Part shown: positions 40,112 through 49,867 of the stretch, one piece after another
Numbering within the stretch: the stretch's first letter is position 1
How the letters are laid out: every line of letters starts with the position of its first letter
Origin: an uncultured virus (IMG/VR IMGVR_UViG_3300034110_001129)
Lineage: Duplodnaviria > Heunggongvirae > Uroviricota > Caudoviricetes
DNA: 64,000 nt
IMG/VR virus record: IMGVR_UViG_3300034110_001129
Direction: 5' to 3' (one strand)
Made by a program: the position numbers and the translations under genes
The notes under the pieces: generated by a model
Told to the model about the DNA's origin: nothing
The model's database searches: none
The model's input: only the letters and a program-made list of their open reading frames with translations

Positions 40112-40217
40112 AGATGATAACTCCGTATTTAACTTAATAATAAACCAAAATGAAATAAATTCAACCGTTCATCAAAACAAATAATGAAAGCAGTTGAATT
40201 TAATAATGCGGACACAA

Positions 40218-40646
40218 TTAAAGAGCGTTCAGCTTCTCTTCTAAAATGCCGATTTCACGCTCTTGAAACTTATCATGACACCAAACAAGCTGAGAGACGC
40301 GATCCCATGCGTAATGGTCATCATCAAGGGCAAACCAAGCAGAGTTCATATCATTCTGAGCACGCCATTGTTCAGCTTCTTCCAAACGAACGCCATCGCC
40401 AGTAGTATTCAAAACCGGAGTAACGCCGACCAGTTTAAGAGCAATATCTGGAGAGAAGAATTTTGAGATTTGAGACAAGGTATATTCACGACGCCAAGTG
40501 CTGCTAATCACAAGCTTAAAGTCAAAACGGTCACTGTGCTTACGAATAAAATTTTCAAAATTAGGGAGATCAATGAATTTCAAGCCATTACTCATCAATG
40601 GGTGAAAGACACCATCAAAATCTAGAAACAACACAACACTTTTCAT
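40218..40646 (-). CDS. HAD-domain protein (paralog of 38920)
   Basis: LFLDFDGV, LVISSTWR, GVTP and ALDD motifs. Confidence 0.82.
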   Translation of the reverse strand: MKSVVLFLDFDGVFHPLMSNGLKFIDLPNFENFIRKHSDRFDFKLVISSTWRREYTLSQISKFFSPDIALKLVGVTPVLNTTGDGVRLEEAEQWRAQNDMNSAWFALDDDHYAWDRVSQLVWCHDKFQEREIGILEEKLNAL

Positions 40647-40700
40647 TATTTAACTCCCCTTTTTTAGTGTAACTATTATAGCATAAGTAGTAGAAAAGGA

Positions 40701-42158
40701 CTAGCCTTTTCTAAGTTTATCCATCGCTTTTGTGTAACGATCAATGGCATCATCAATTTGATCTTTGCTAAACCCATCGCCACGTCTACCTGTTTTGAAC
40801 AATTCAATTTGTGATTCAAGATCTGCTTCCAGCGACTCACGATAAATTCTAAACTTAGCTTCAACCATCATGTCCAAAATAGGTGGTGACACAATTCCTA
40901 GGCTAAATCTAGCTCCAAGATAACCAATTTCATTGTTATATTTAGCATATTTATACATCGCATCATGAATATCTTGTGCAATATTAGGATTACTAAAAGG
41001 ATCGGGAGCATCCATCATCATGTGCAACGTTAAGACTGAGCGAACTCTATCATTAAGAATGTTTCTGTAAGTATCCAACAAGTTTCTTTCAACCAAAACA
41101 GACATCGCCATTTGGTTTTCTGCTGGATTTGCTTTCTTGAAATCATATTTTCCGTGATCAAGTAAGTGAGTAAGATAATCAAAAGAATATCCAAGTACTA
41201 CATCAGAAATAGCTTCGGCCCAAACAGGGTTCCCAGAGTATTTCACACCCTTAGCCAAATCAGGATCATGTTTAACCAGAGCCTTAAAACAATTAACCAG
41301 ATTATGCTGCATACAGTAGACTAGCGGAATGTGTTTCTTATATTTGAAATTAATCAGTCCACCTTTTGATAATGCTTCATCAAGCAGAGCACCATCATCA
41401 GTTTTGATTGCTTGTCCAAATACTGTTTTAATATCAACTAAGGACGATGCTTCTACCTTAATAGCTTCATTTACAAATTCTAACTGACTAACTGTTTCGG
41501 CCAGAAAGCAACTGTCTTCAAGATAGATAAAACCAGCACTTGCCATTTTCTGAACCATTTCTTTAATACTGATAGGTTCATCATAACTGAATTCATACGT
41601 GCATTCCATTGCTTCACCATCATTTTCTGGAAGGAAAGAACCAATGAGATAATCCATGTGTTCGTTGTATTCGCCATGTGCAGGATATATTTCTAGACAA
41701 AAACGGTCCATTTTATGATTATAATCACGAGCTGCATTGACGGAATCAAGAATGACTTTGTGATCGCCATCTAGCATACTAAAACGGTAGACAACTTGAG
41801 AAGGGATTGCAATGAAGCCTTTATTATCATCGGAAATTTCTTCTTCGCCATCGCTATTTACATATTTGCTAACCAAACGTTTAGCGTCAGCAATGTCTTT
41901 TTTGGAGAAAGATTTAACAACAATGGTATTTTCTTTAACAATAAGGGGTTCAACAGCAACAACGACTGATTGTTTTAGTTCTAATACACCATTGACTTCG
42001 ACCAGTGTTACATCACCTACGGTTGGGTTATTAAAATCACGGCAAACTAAGCCATTGTCATCTTTGTATTTACTGACACGTTTCCATTTTGTTCGAGAAC
42101 TATCTGGATAAGTGGTCATCAAGAAATCTTTACAATCATCAGTGGATAGTTTTGACAT
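40701..42158 (-). CDS. Protein with a family C N-terminal module and a possible ankyrin-like central region
   Basis: MSKLSTDDCKDFL...KRVSKYKDDNG..CR.F; AIK.DD..LL...L.KG..IN...PL repeat-like segment. Confidence 0.65.
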   Translation of the reverse strand: MSKLSTDDCKDFLMTTYPDSSRTKWKRVSKYKDDNGLVCRDFNNPTVGDVTLVEVNGVLELKQSVVVAVEPLIVKENTIVVKSFSKKDIADAKRLVSKYVNSDGEEEISDDNKGFIAIPSQVVYRFSMLDGDHKVILDSVNAARDYNHKMDRFCLEIYPAHGEYNEHMDYLIGSFLPENDGEAMECTYEFSYDEPISIKEMVQKMASAGFIYLEDSCFLAETVSQLEFVNEAIKVEASSLVDIKTVFGQAIKTDDGALLDEALSKGGLINFKYKKHIPLVYCMQHNLVNCFKALVKHDPDLAKGVKYSGNPVWAEAISDVVLGYSFDYLTHLLDHGKYDFKKANPAENQMAMSVLVERNLLDTYRNILNDRVRSVLTLHMMMDAPDPFSNPNIAQDIHDAMYKYAKYNNEIGYLGARFSLGIVSPPILDMMVEAKFRIYRESLEADLESQIELFKTGRRGDGFSKDQIDDAIDRYTKAMDKLRKG

Positions 42159-42453
42159 TATATTCTCCAATAAATATATCTAAGACTGGATTATAACAGA
42201 TAAGTAAATTTTTTACAATGTCGTTAAAGCTTGAAAAATACAGCTTTTTATGTTAGAATTAGCCATTAATTGAGGTGTCTATGGAAGTTTTAAATAATGA
42301 AAAATATCATGCTTTAACCAAGCAACAATGGAAGCTATATTTTCTCATTTCGACTTTGGTTTTAGGCATAAATATATAGATAGCGGACATGACCTTTGTA
42401 CAATGAAAACCGGAAAATATCAATATAATATTACCGCATTAGAAGAAAAACAA

Positions 42454-42492
42454 CCCTATTCCTCCCCTACCTGAATGAAGGGGTATTAAAGG
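42454..42492. mobile_element. Possible IS200/IS605-type end hairpin remnant
   Basis: ATTCCTCCCCTACCTGAATGAAGGGGTAT: GC-rich imperfect hairpin resembling subterminal IS605-family ends; no transposase in the window. Confidence 0.35.
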
Positions 42493-42512
42493 TTTTAAAT
42501 GGAGAACTACGG

Positions 42513-43133
42513 ATGAATACAACAGAAAATGAAAATAATATTAAATTGAAAATCATCCAAATAATGATGAATAAATTTGGTATAGAAGTTAAGGAAATGC
42601 GGAAAAAATCTAATTTGACCTTTACTTTAAAAACGAGCCACAAAAATGCATTGCTTTTAGCTGGAACTTATTCTGATGTCTTAAATTTTGACTTTTTGAC
42701 TTTTAAAAATGGTAAGATAAACACACGTTATCCAGCCAACGATATTATTAAAAAAATCATTGATTATGGAAACCAATATATTGATTTTTTTGAAGCATTA
42801 AGGATTGTTGATATTGAAACAAATCAACTATACTCATATGTTGATGCAGTAAAAGCATACATTGATTTTGAATTCGATATTAAAAATCCTGACAAAAATG
42901 AAATCGTTTTAAATTTTGAACATAACAAATCAAAAATGAGTAATGTCATTAGCAACCAAGAAGTTATCTGTTCAGGCAATCATACCAGTATGCACATGGT
43001 TTTTGATTTTGAAGGAAATATGAAAGTAAATAGAGTAAATGTAGCCAGAAAGAGAACACTAGAAGCGTGGGACAATGCAATTGAAAGCAATTTCAAAGAA
43101 TATGGAATGTTAACAGAGATAGTTAGAATATAA
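42513..43133 (+). CDS. Hypothetical protein with a variant of the shared C-terminal motif
   Basis: 206 aa, GGAG RBS, ends KEYGMLTEIVRI. Confidence 0.7.
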   Translation: MNTTENENNIKLKIIQIMMNKFGIEVKEMRKKSNLTFTLKTSHKNALLLAGTYSDVLNFDFLTFKNGKINTRYPANDIIKKIIDYGNQYIDFFEALRIVDIETNQLYSYVDAVKAYIDFEFDIKNPDKNEIVLNFEHNKSKMSNVISNQEVICSGNHTSMHMVFDFEGNMKVNRVNVARKRTLEAWDNAIESNFKEYGMLTEIVRI

Positions 43134-43141
43134 CTATCTCA

Positions 43142-43816
43142 TTATTTGAAAGAATACATGGTGACAACAGCTAATTCGTCTTGATTGAAGTCATATAGTT
43201 TTTTGTTAAATTGACTTTCTAACATAGACACATCTTTATAATTTATTTTATACTGTTGAAACCTAACATAATCAGCATAATAAAAAATATTCATATTTTT
43301 TACGAACGTAGTCACTTTCCCTAAAGTTTTAAAATCAATAAACACAAGTCTAAAATACATAGCGTTAACAGGAGAATAATTAACTATATCCGATTTACCA
43401 TATAAAAAATAAATCACAATGATTAAAAAATTTAAAAAAAGAGCAATAAAGATCATTTTTACATCAAATTGTGCAATGAGTAATGAGCATACTAAAAGAA
43501 ATAAAATAAAAATTAAAAATCTTATAAATAAATCTCCACTAATAGACATGTAAAAACATTTGTGTTTGTAAATAACACGAGAATAAATTAATAATGCAAT
43601 AAATCCCATTAAAAAAGGAACTGACATAATAATATTCACTTGCCAACTTAATTGATTAATAAAATAAAATGGGATAGCTTTCATTAAATAAACGAAATTA
43701 GTAAAGATTAAACAAGCTAATGGGGAAAATAAAAAACCATAAAAGATATCTTTTTTAGTCATCACATCATTTTTTTTAACAAAGTATTTTTGCAAATAAT
43801 TTTTCATTAAATTCAA
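43142..43816 (-). CDS. Membrane protein (4 TM), family D
   Basis: Tandem paralog of 43831; ends DELAVVTMYSFK. Confidence 0.72.
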   Translation of the reverse strand: MNLMKNYLQKYFVKKNDVMTKKDIFYGFLFSPLACLIFTNFVYLMKAIPFYFINQLSWQVNIIMSVPFLMGFIALLIYSRVIYKHKCFYMSISGDLFIRFLIFILFLLVCSLLIAQFDVKMIFIALFLNFLIIVIYFLYGKSDIVNYSPVNAMYFRLVFIDFKTLGKVTTFVKNMNIFYYADYVRFQQYKINYKDVSMLESQFNKKLYDFNQDELAVVTMYSFK

Positions 43817-43830
43817 TTTAAATCTCCATT

Positions 43831-44556
43831 TTATTTTATTGAATACATTGTTACAACATTTAGTTCATCTTGATTAAAATCATATAATTTCTTATTAAAT
43901 TGATCTTCAAAAACACTAACATCTTGATAACTTAGCTTATAACCATTAATAACAACATGATTACGATGATAAAATACGTTCATATTATTTAAAAAAGTTA
44001 CTATGCGATCAAAATTATCAACATCAACAAATATTAGTTTAAATTTATTAATAGATTTAAAATTATGTACATGCTCTGTAAATTTTCTGTTATTTATAAA
44101 TATAGCCATTATTGCGACTAAATTAATTAAAACTATAAAAGAAAATATAATGAAATTAAAAGATTGAAGAGCCATTGAAATAACAATAAGCGAGGCAACT
44201 ACACTTAAAATTTTTATGAAACCACTCCCAACAAATGACACAAATAATGATTTTTTATTGTATACAAAAAAACCATAAATAGCAATGGTTAAAATAAAAG
44301 AGGCAATTGACATAAAAATACGAAGATTGATATCAAATGAGATTGGATTGATTGTTGCCATATAAATAATAAATATTTTTGAAAAACAAATAATATTAAA
44401 TAAAAGGATTGCAACTGGTAACGAAAAAATTAGATTTGACAAAATATATTTTTTTGTGACTGTCACATTTTTTTTGTCAAAGAAAGAAATACATTTATTA
44501 AAAAATGGAGACAATTTTAAATGGATTTTTGGGACAATCTTTTTTAATATTTTCAT
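43831..44556 (-). CDS. Membrane protein (4 TM), family D
   Basis: Paralog of 43142; ends DELNVVTMYSIK. Confidence 0.72.
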   Translation of the reverse strand: MKILKKIVPKIHLKLSPFFNKCISFFDKKNVTVTKKYILSNLIFSLPVAILLFNIICFSKIFIIYMATINPISFDINLRIFMSIASFILTIAIYGFFVYNKKSLFVSFVGSGFIKILSVVASLIVISMALQSFNFIIFSFIVLINLVAIMAIFINNRKFTEHVHNFKSINKFKLIFVDVDNFDRIVTFLNNMNVFYHRNHVVINGYKLSYQDVSVFEDQFNKKLYDFNQDELNVVTMYSIK

Positions 44557-44601
44557 GAATTATTAAATTTAATCATGAGTTGACTGCTCATTAAGAGACA
44601 G

Positions 44602-45441
44602 TCAATTATCACTTCGAGATTTTTCAAACGTTGACCATCGAGACAAATCAGCTTCACTCAGTGGAAATCCAAGTTTAATCATTTCTTCTTTTGCACTTGA
44701 AATGCTTTCACGGTTACGTGGTTTATAGCTCAATAGTTCAAATCCTTGCGTATCCAAGACCAAATCCAGTTGAAAAGATTCAGTTTCAGGTAATTCAAAG
44801 TCTTCTGGAAGTCCTGCCTCTTGTTTTGTTTTACCAAACATCGCCAATACAGAACCAATATCCTGAGATTTAAATGACATCGGAATTTCAACATTATGAA
44901 GTTTATCATCCAAGAGATTCAAGACATCATGCAAGGTGCGTAGGTCAGAAATATCATAATTAATATCCGATTCATAAGATGTTCTTACAGACTTACAGTA
45001 ACCTTTGGAAATAAATTCCTCAATATCTTGAACATCTTTGCCATTGCTCGACAATGAAACAAGCTGCAGGTCTTGTTTACCAACAGTGCGTTTCAATGAC
45101 ATATAAATAGCAGAAGCATTGGTGTAGTCTTGCATATCAATGATTTTCATTGTCTTGAAGTCAATGACTACAATACCATATTCAACTGGGCCAAGACCAC
45201 CAAAAGGTTTAGAACCAAACAACCCAGCATTAGAATCTTTAAAGGTTCGTGTCACATGGTTGGCGTCATAGTCAGCCATCAATTCACGATGATAGTTAAC
45301 AAACTCAGTCAGGTAGGACATATCACCCGCCAGAAAGTTCGGGTTTTTCAACAATAAGGCTGACATGCTATTAGTCCACACTGGCAGTGCAGTGATAGCA
45401 CCTTCTTTATTTCGAACAACGAGTTGAACAGTCCCACCCAT
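44602..45441 (-). CDS. Family B hypothetical protein
   Basis: MGGTVQLVVR...PVWTNSMS..LLKNP.FLAGD, close paralog of 45840. Confidence 0.75.
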   Translation of the reverse strand: MGGTVQLVVRNKEGAITALPVWTNSMSALLLKNPNFLAGDMSYLTEFVNYHRELMADYDANHVTRTFKDSNAGLFGSKPFGGLGPVEYGIVVIDFKTMKIIDMQDYTNASAIYMSLKRTVGKQDLQLVSLSSNGKDVQDIEEFISKGYCKSVRTSYESDINYDISDLRTLHDVLNLLDDKLHNVEIPMSFKSQDIGSVLAMFGKTKQEAGLPEDFELPETESFQLDLVLDTQGFELLSYKPRNRESISSAKEEMIKLGFPLSEADLSRWSTFEKSRSDN

Positions 45442-45512
45442 GATAACACTCCTATCAATAATTAACTATATGCTTAAAGGTGACATAAAAACCTTAAAAA
45501 TTAGACTTTATA

Positions 45513-45827
45513 TTACTCGTGGTTGTTTTTTGCATAGCCGAAGCCATGCTCAATGCAACCTTGTTTAAATTCTTCGTTAAAAGCGTCAAATTCAGCCTCT
45601 GACATACTGGAAAATTCCTCAGTGGTCGGCCAACGTTTATCAATCACATGCAAAGAGAACGAATTCAAAATCAAACTGGCTAGGATATCCCAATCTAGGG
45701 AGTTATTAATCATCGAATCAAACACATGATTATCTTCTCTCATGACTTTAATAAAATCATCGTCACTGATAACAACGTGGGTGTTGTAACGAAGATGATT
45801 GACGCCTCTGGTAATAAATTTATTCAC
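45513..45827 (-). CDS. Hypothetical protein
   Basis: 104 aa, GTG start with GAGG RBS. Confidence 0.6.
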   Translation of the reverse strand: MNKFITRGVNHLRYNTHVVISDDDFIKVMREDNHVFDSMINNSLDWDILASLILNSFSLHVIDKRWPTTEEFSSMSEAEFDAFNEEFKQGCIEHGFGYAKNNHE

Positions 45828-45839
45828 TAATTAACCCTC

Positions 45840-46595
45840 TTATGCATATTGTTTAATGTGTAATTTCCATTGTTCTTTGTCGTTATCAGATAATTCAAAA
45901 CCAACAGCTTGAATATCCATCAAAAATTTATCAACAACTTCTTTGTTGCGACCTTCATAAATAGTAGTTTCAAAGCCTTTTTTATCAAAAATCAAATCCA
46001 ATGAGAACGATTCTTTATCACCGTAACGCAACTTTCGAAGACTTGTGGAATTAGACAGCCGATCACTTAAAAATGCATTCAATCCGTCCAAAGAACGGAT
46101 ATGTGACACATCATAATCAACATCGGAACTGTAATCAGTCCTAATAGACTGGATATGACCACCTTTCAACAAATGATTGACATTAACCAGATCACCACCA
46201 GAACCAATAGACACCATACGAACATCAGTCTTGGCTAATGTGTTTTCAAATGCAGCATAAATAGATTCGGAACTGGTGTATTCTTGCATTTCAAAAATTT
46301 TCATTGCTTTGAAATCAAAAACAACAATACCATAACTCATAGGATATAATCCACCAAAAGAATGGGCACCATATTCAGCCGCCCCACTATCTTTAAAATG
46401 TTTAGTCAATCTGTTTAACGCATAATCATCCATCAATTTGTGATGGTAGGTTACAAATTCATTAAAAGCGGTAAAATCACCTGCCAAGAATTCTGGATTT
46501 TTTAAGAGCTTGATGGACATGCTGTTAGTCCATACAGGAAATGATGTAATTTCGCCGTCTTTTCTTCGAACGACTAGTTGAATTGTTCCGCCCAC
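45840..46595 (-). CDS. Family B hypothetical protein
   Basis: Paralog of 44602; GTG start, AGGAG RBS. Confidence 0.75.
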   Translation of the reverse strand: MGGTIQLVVRRKDGEITSFPVWTNSMSIKLLKNPEFLAGDFTAFNEFVTYHHKLMDDYALNRLTKHFKDSGAAEYGAHSFGGLYPMSYGIVVFDFKAMKIFEMQEYTSSESIYAAFENTLAKTDVRMVSIGSGGDLVNVNHLLKGGHIQSIRTDYSSDVDYDVSHIRSLDGLNAFLSDRLSNSTSLRKLRYGDKESFSLDLIFDKKGFETTIYEGRNKEVVDKFLMDIQAVGFELSDNDKEQWKLHIKQYA

Positions 46596-46695
46596 GATTA
46601 GCTCCTAAACACGATAAATTGAAAGCTATTATAGCAAATTTTCTTTAAACAGGCAAGCAAGTAGATAAAAAAATAGTGCCTGAGCACTATCTTGA

Positions 46696-46854
46696 TTAAG
46701 CCACTGATTCCAATTGAGCAACCATTGCTTGAATTCGGTCTTGAATACGTTCTTTGATATCTGGATTCTTCTCCAAATAGGTAGTATTCGCTTTGATTTC
46801 AAAACGCAATTGTTGAAGTTTCAGTTGTACTTGTTTAGCCATTTTATCAGACAT
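46696..46854 (-). CDS. 52-aa coiled-coil-like protein, absent from the ORF track
   Basis: MSDKMAKQVQLKLQQLRFEIKANTTYLEKNPDIKERIQDRIQAMVAQLESVA; GGAG RBS, TTGATG-17-TATAAT promoter, terminator follows. Confidence 0.65.
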   Translation of the reverse strand: MSDKMAKQVQLKLQQLRFEIKANTTYLEKNPDIKERIQDRIQAMVAQLESVA

Positions 46855-46912
46855 CTTGGTGTTTCTCCGTGTTAATCAAAAAAAGAATTATACAGAGATT
46901 GATCATCAATGT

Positions 46913-47401
46913 CTACAGTTTATTTGGTGTTTCTGGAACCATTTCTTGTTTAATTTTAGCAATGAAATATAGCCTGTCTTTTTCATTACATTTAATAATC
47001 ATGTCTTGTGTATTACCCGATAATAGATAATAACGGTTGATATCCATTGATCCTCTAACAAAGCCTTTATACTGTTCTTGATACTGTAAAAATAGTTTTC
47101 TAGCGTCCACATCACATGCGGCCCAATCTTTATAGACATCACCATAAGCATACACGGAATGAACAGTGCTGTCTCTATTAAGAACAATCTGGTAGTGATT
47201 TAACAATTCAGGAAGAGGGTGTTCCGGGGTAATGTTGATTTTGGTTTTAAAAGGATAGTTAATATAACGATAATCTTTATATTCGACTCCCACTTTAACA
47301 CCGAAGGCATTGATTGCAATATCAGGAACTTGCCATGTGCCAGCAGTTGAAACTGAGGCGAGTAGTGCAGAAAAAGCCAGTGTGATTGTTTTGAATAACA
47401 T
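46913..47401 (-). CDS. Family E secreted protein
   Basis: Signal peptide; I.AFGV..G, Y.I.L......V..A.G, two Cys. Confidence 0.7.
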   Translation of the reverse strand: MLFKTITLAFSALLASVSTAGTWQVPDIAINAFGVKVGVEYKDYRYINYPFKTKINITPEHPLPELLNHYQIVLNRDSTVHSVYAYGDVYKDWAACDVDARKLFLQYQEQYKGFVRGSMDINRYYLLSGNTQDMIIKCNEKDRLYFIAKIKQEMVPETPNKL

Positions 47402-47486
47402 GATTAATCCTTTAATTTAATATTGAAAGTAAGTTGCATTCCATTATAGATGATTAAAAATAGAATGCAAAATACACCATGATAGA

Positions 47487-47987
47487 TTACAGGTTATTTT
47501 TTATGCCTTCAACTGTAAAGACATTGGATGTAGGTTCTTCCAAATCTTTTTTGAGGCGTGCTTCATAAAGAATTTTATCACCTTCACAATACATCTTCAC
47601 TTCTTGATTTCTACCTACATATTCATAGAACCCATCACGTTCAGTATAAGAAACAATATCAGATAAGTAGTTATTTTTAAACATGCCAGCCAAATTATAG
47701 GCCATTTCTGAACATGTGAAGTCTTTGTGTTTCATATTACCTTGTGCATAGACAGTATGAACGGTGTTTTCTGGTGTTAATGTAATTTGATACTTATTGA
47801 ACACTTTTGGCATGTCATTTTGTGGTAGTACATTAATTTTTGTTCCAAACAGATAGTCTGAATAATTGTAGTGTTTGTAAGAGGCACCCAGTTCAATACC
47901 GAAAGATTGAATATGCATATCTGCCTGAGCCGTAGAGACAAAGGAAGCGAATGCAACAAAGAGAGCAAGCAACATGGATTTAAACAT
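47487..47987 (-). CDS. Family E secreted protein
   Basis: Signal peptide from MFKSML (AGGAG RBS); IQSFGIELG. Confidence 0.7.
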   Translation of the reverse strand: MFKSMLLALFVAFASFVSTAQADMHIQSFGIELGASYKHYNYSDYLFGTKINVLPQNDMPKVFNKYQITLTPENTVHTVYAQGNMKHKDFTCSEMAYNLAGMFKNNYLSDIVSYTERDGFYEYVGRNQEVKMYCEGDKILYEARLKKDLEEPTSNVFTVEGIKNNL

Positions 47988-48048
47988 AACAACTCCTATT
48001 TTAAAATATTTTTGAAATGAAAAAGCCGAATTCAAATTCGGCTATAGA

Positions 48049-48579
48049 TTACAGGTTAATTTTGACATCTTTAAACTTATCAGTTGGTACATGGAACTGA
48101 TTCAAGTCTTTACGATAAGCGTAACTATAAGAAATTTGACCAGCAATGCACTGGATAGAAGCTATCACAAAATCATTCATATAGACATATTGATCATTTT
48201 TATTTTCAAGCGGATGAATAATACTTGGGGTATATTTCAGTAAAAAATTTCTATTAAGAGCGGCAGCCGCTTCAATACAAGTAAAATTTTTCCCATCAAC
48301 TTTGCCAGTAGCAATAAATTTGTAGACACGATTATCAGGTGTTGGAATAATTTTGTATGTGTCAAAGATATCGGTCAAAGGTTCTTTTGGTTCAATATAG
48401 GTATATTCAACAGTCGTTTTAATAACTGAAAGTTCACTAATCGGTTGCCCCAAACTGACACCAAAAGAGTTGATAGCCGTAATTTGTTGCATAGGGTCTT
48501 GCTCTGCCATCACTGAACTAGACACAAAAGAAAGAATGGATAAAGCCAACGTCAATGTAATATGTTTTAGTTTCATCAT
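48049..48579 (-). CDS. Family E secreted protein
   Basis: Signal peptide; INSFGVSLG, FTC..A. Confidence 0.7.
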   Translation of the reverse strand: MMKLKHITLTLALSILSFVSSSVMAEQDPMQQITAINSFGVSLGQPISELSVIKTTVEYTYIEPKEPLTDIFDTYKIIPTPDNRVYKFIATGKVDGKNFTCIEAAAALNRNFLLKYTPSIIHPLENKNDQYVYMNDFVIASIQCIAGQISYSYAYRKDLNQFHVPTDKFKDVKINL

Positions 48580-48662
48580 TTAAAGTCCTTAAATAAGAAA
48601 AGTGCCTCAAATTAAGACACTTTTGGAAACGCGATTATACCTTAAAGCGGATTAAATATCAA

Positions 48663-49220
48663 TCACTCTTTAAATTTTTCGTGAATGTAGGCAATAGCCT
48701 TTTCAAACACTTCAAGGTTGGTAGTTGAAGTATCATCAGGGAAGATAATTTTCTGGCAGCATTCAGTCACCATACAGTTATCAATCCGATCCAAGTCTTC
48801 GATGAGTTGACCTTCTTTATCAAAGTAGCAACCGTCAAGTAGTACGACTTCACCTGTCGCAATAAGCTTTTCGAGGTAAGTGCGACTATCAGTGGAATAG
48901 CCATAAACGGGTTTATGGATCATGTCAGCAGCCGCCATTTCCGCCGCAGTGCCTACGTCCATACTTGTGCCACGGAACGGGGACATGTTAGCGACTACGA
49001 TGTCACAAGAACGCACGCCTTCAATACACGCCTTTTTACAAATGTCTGCTCTTTGGGCATTGTTATAACGTGGATTTGAAAAGAGATCTTTTGGCAACAG
49101 ATCCAGAGGGTATACACCCACAAAACCATACTTGGCACAGATTGCTTTTTTAGCTTCTCCGATTTCAACAGCTTTTGGATAGAAGACATCTGGGCCAGCA
49201 ATATAGATTTTTTGAGACAT
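48663..49220 (-). CDS. Nucleoside 2-deoxyribosyltransferase family protein
   Basis: KIYIAGPDVF, CDIVVAN..PFRG.SMD.GTA.E and KPVYGY motifs. Confidence 0.88.
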   Translation of the reverse strand: MSQKIYIAGPDVFYPKAVEIGEAKKAICAKYGFVGVYPLDLLPKDLFSNPRYNNAQRADICKKACIEGVRSCDIVVANMSPFRGTSMDVGTAAEMAAADMIHKPVYGYSTDSRTYLEKLIATGEVVLLDGCYFDKEGQLIEDLDRIDNCMVTECCQKIIFPDDTSTTNLEVFEKAIAYIHEKFKE

Positions 49221-49257
49221 ACGATAATACTCCAATGATTTAAATTAGGTGAATAAC

Positions 49258-49473
49258 TTAGTTTTCTTTATAACTCGAATTATACTCGTTTGGCATCAAA
49301 CACGCAAGCACAATATACAACAAGATAAATGCTCCTGATGTAAATAAAATGAGAGCCAAGAAGCCAAGACGAACTAAAAATGGGTTAATGCCGTAAGCCT
49401 TACAAATACCACCCAAAACGCCTGAAACCCATTTGTCGGTAAGGTTGGTTTTTGTAACTTTTTTATTGGACAT
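49258..49473 (-). CDS. PspC-domain protein
   Basis: DKW.SGVLGG....GI.P..VRL.F...LLYI.LA..MP; start at MSNKK after AGGAG. Confidence 0.85.
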   Translation of the reverse strand: MSNKKVTKTNLTDKWVSGVLGGICKAYGINPFLVRLGFLALILFTSGAFILLYIVLACLMPNEYNSSYKEN

Positions 49474-49597
49474 TGATAATCTCCTTGTTAATGGCCTTAT
49501 TATACTACAAAGGCAAGTAGACCGCAAGGATTATGGCTCTGTTAAATTGTTTCAAGAAGAAACTGCAGTTCTCTACTGCAGCTTCTAAGCAGGACAG

Positions 49598-49843
49598 TTA
49601 AATCCACTTAACTTCAAGCAAGGCTGGAATACCAGACTTATTGAGAGCTACATGGTCCGCGACAATAACCATCAGATCAATGTTTTGAGCTTGATGATAC
49701 TGAATTTTAGTAATCATGTCAGTGGAAATGTCAATTTCATCTGCAATGACTACAAGTTCAACATTGTCACGTTGGGACTGTGCAACGAAGGCATCAATAG
49801 CCGACTCATGGCAGATGGTGCCAAATACTTTATTCTCTTTCAT
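49598..49843 (-). CDS. Hypothetical protein
   Basis: 81 aa, AGGAG RBS. Confidence 0.6.
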   Translation of the reverse strand: MKENKVFGTICHESAIDAFVAQSQRDNVELVVIADEIDISTDMITKIQYHQAQNIDLMVIVADHVALNKSGIPALLEVKWI

Positions 49844-49867
49844 CTTAAACTCCTTTCAATGAGAAGG

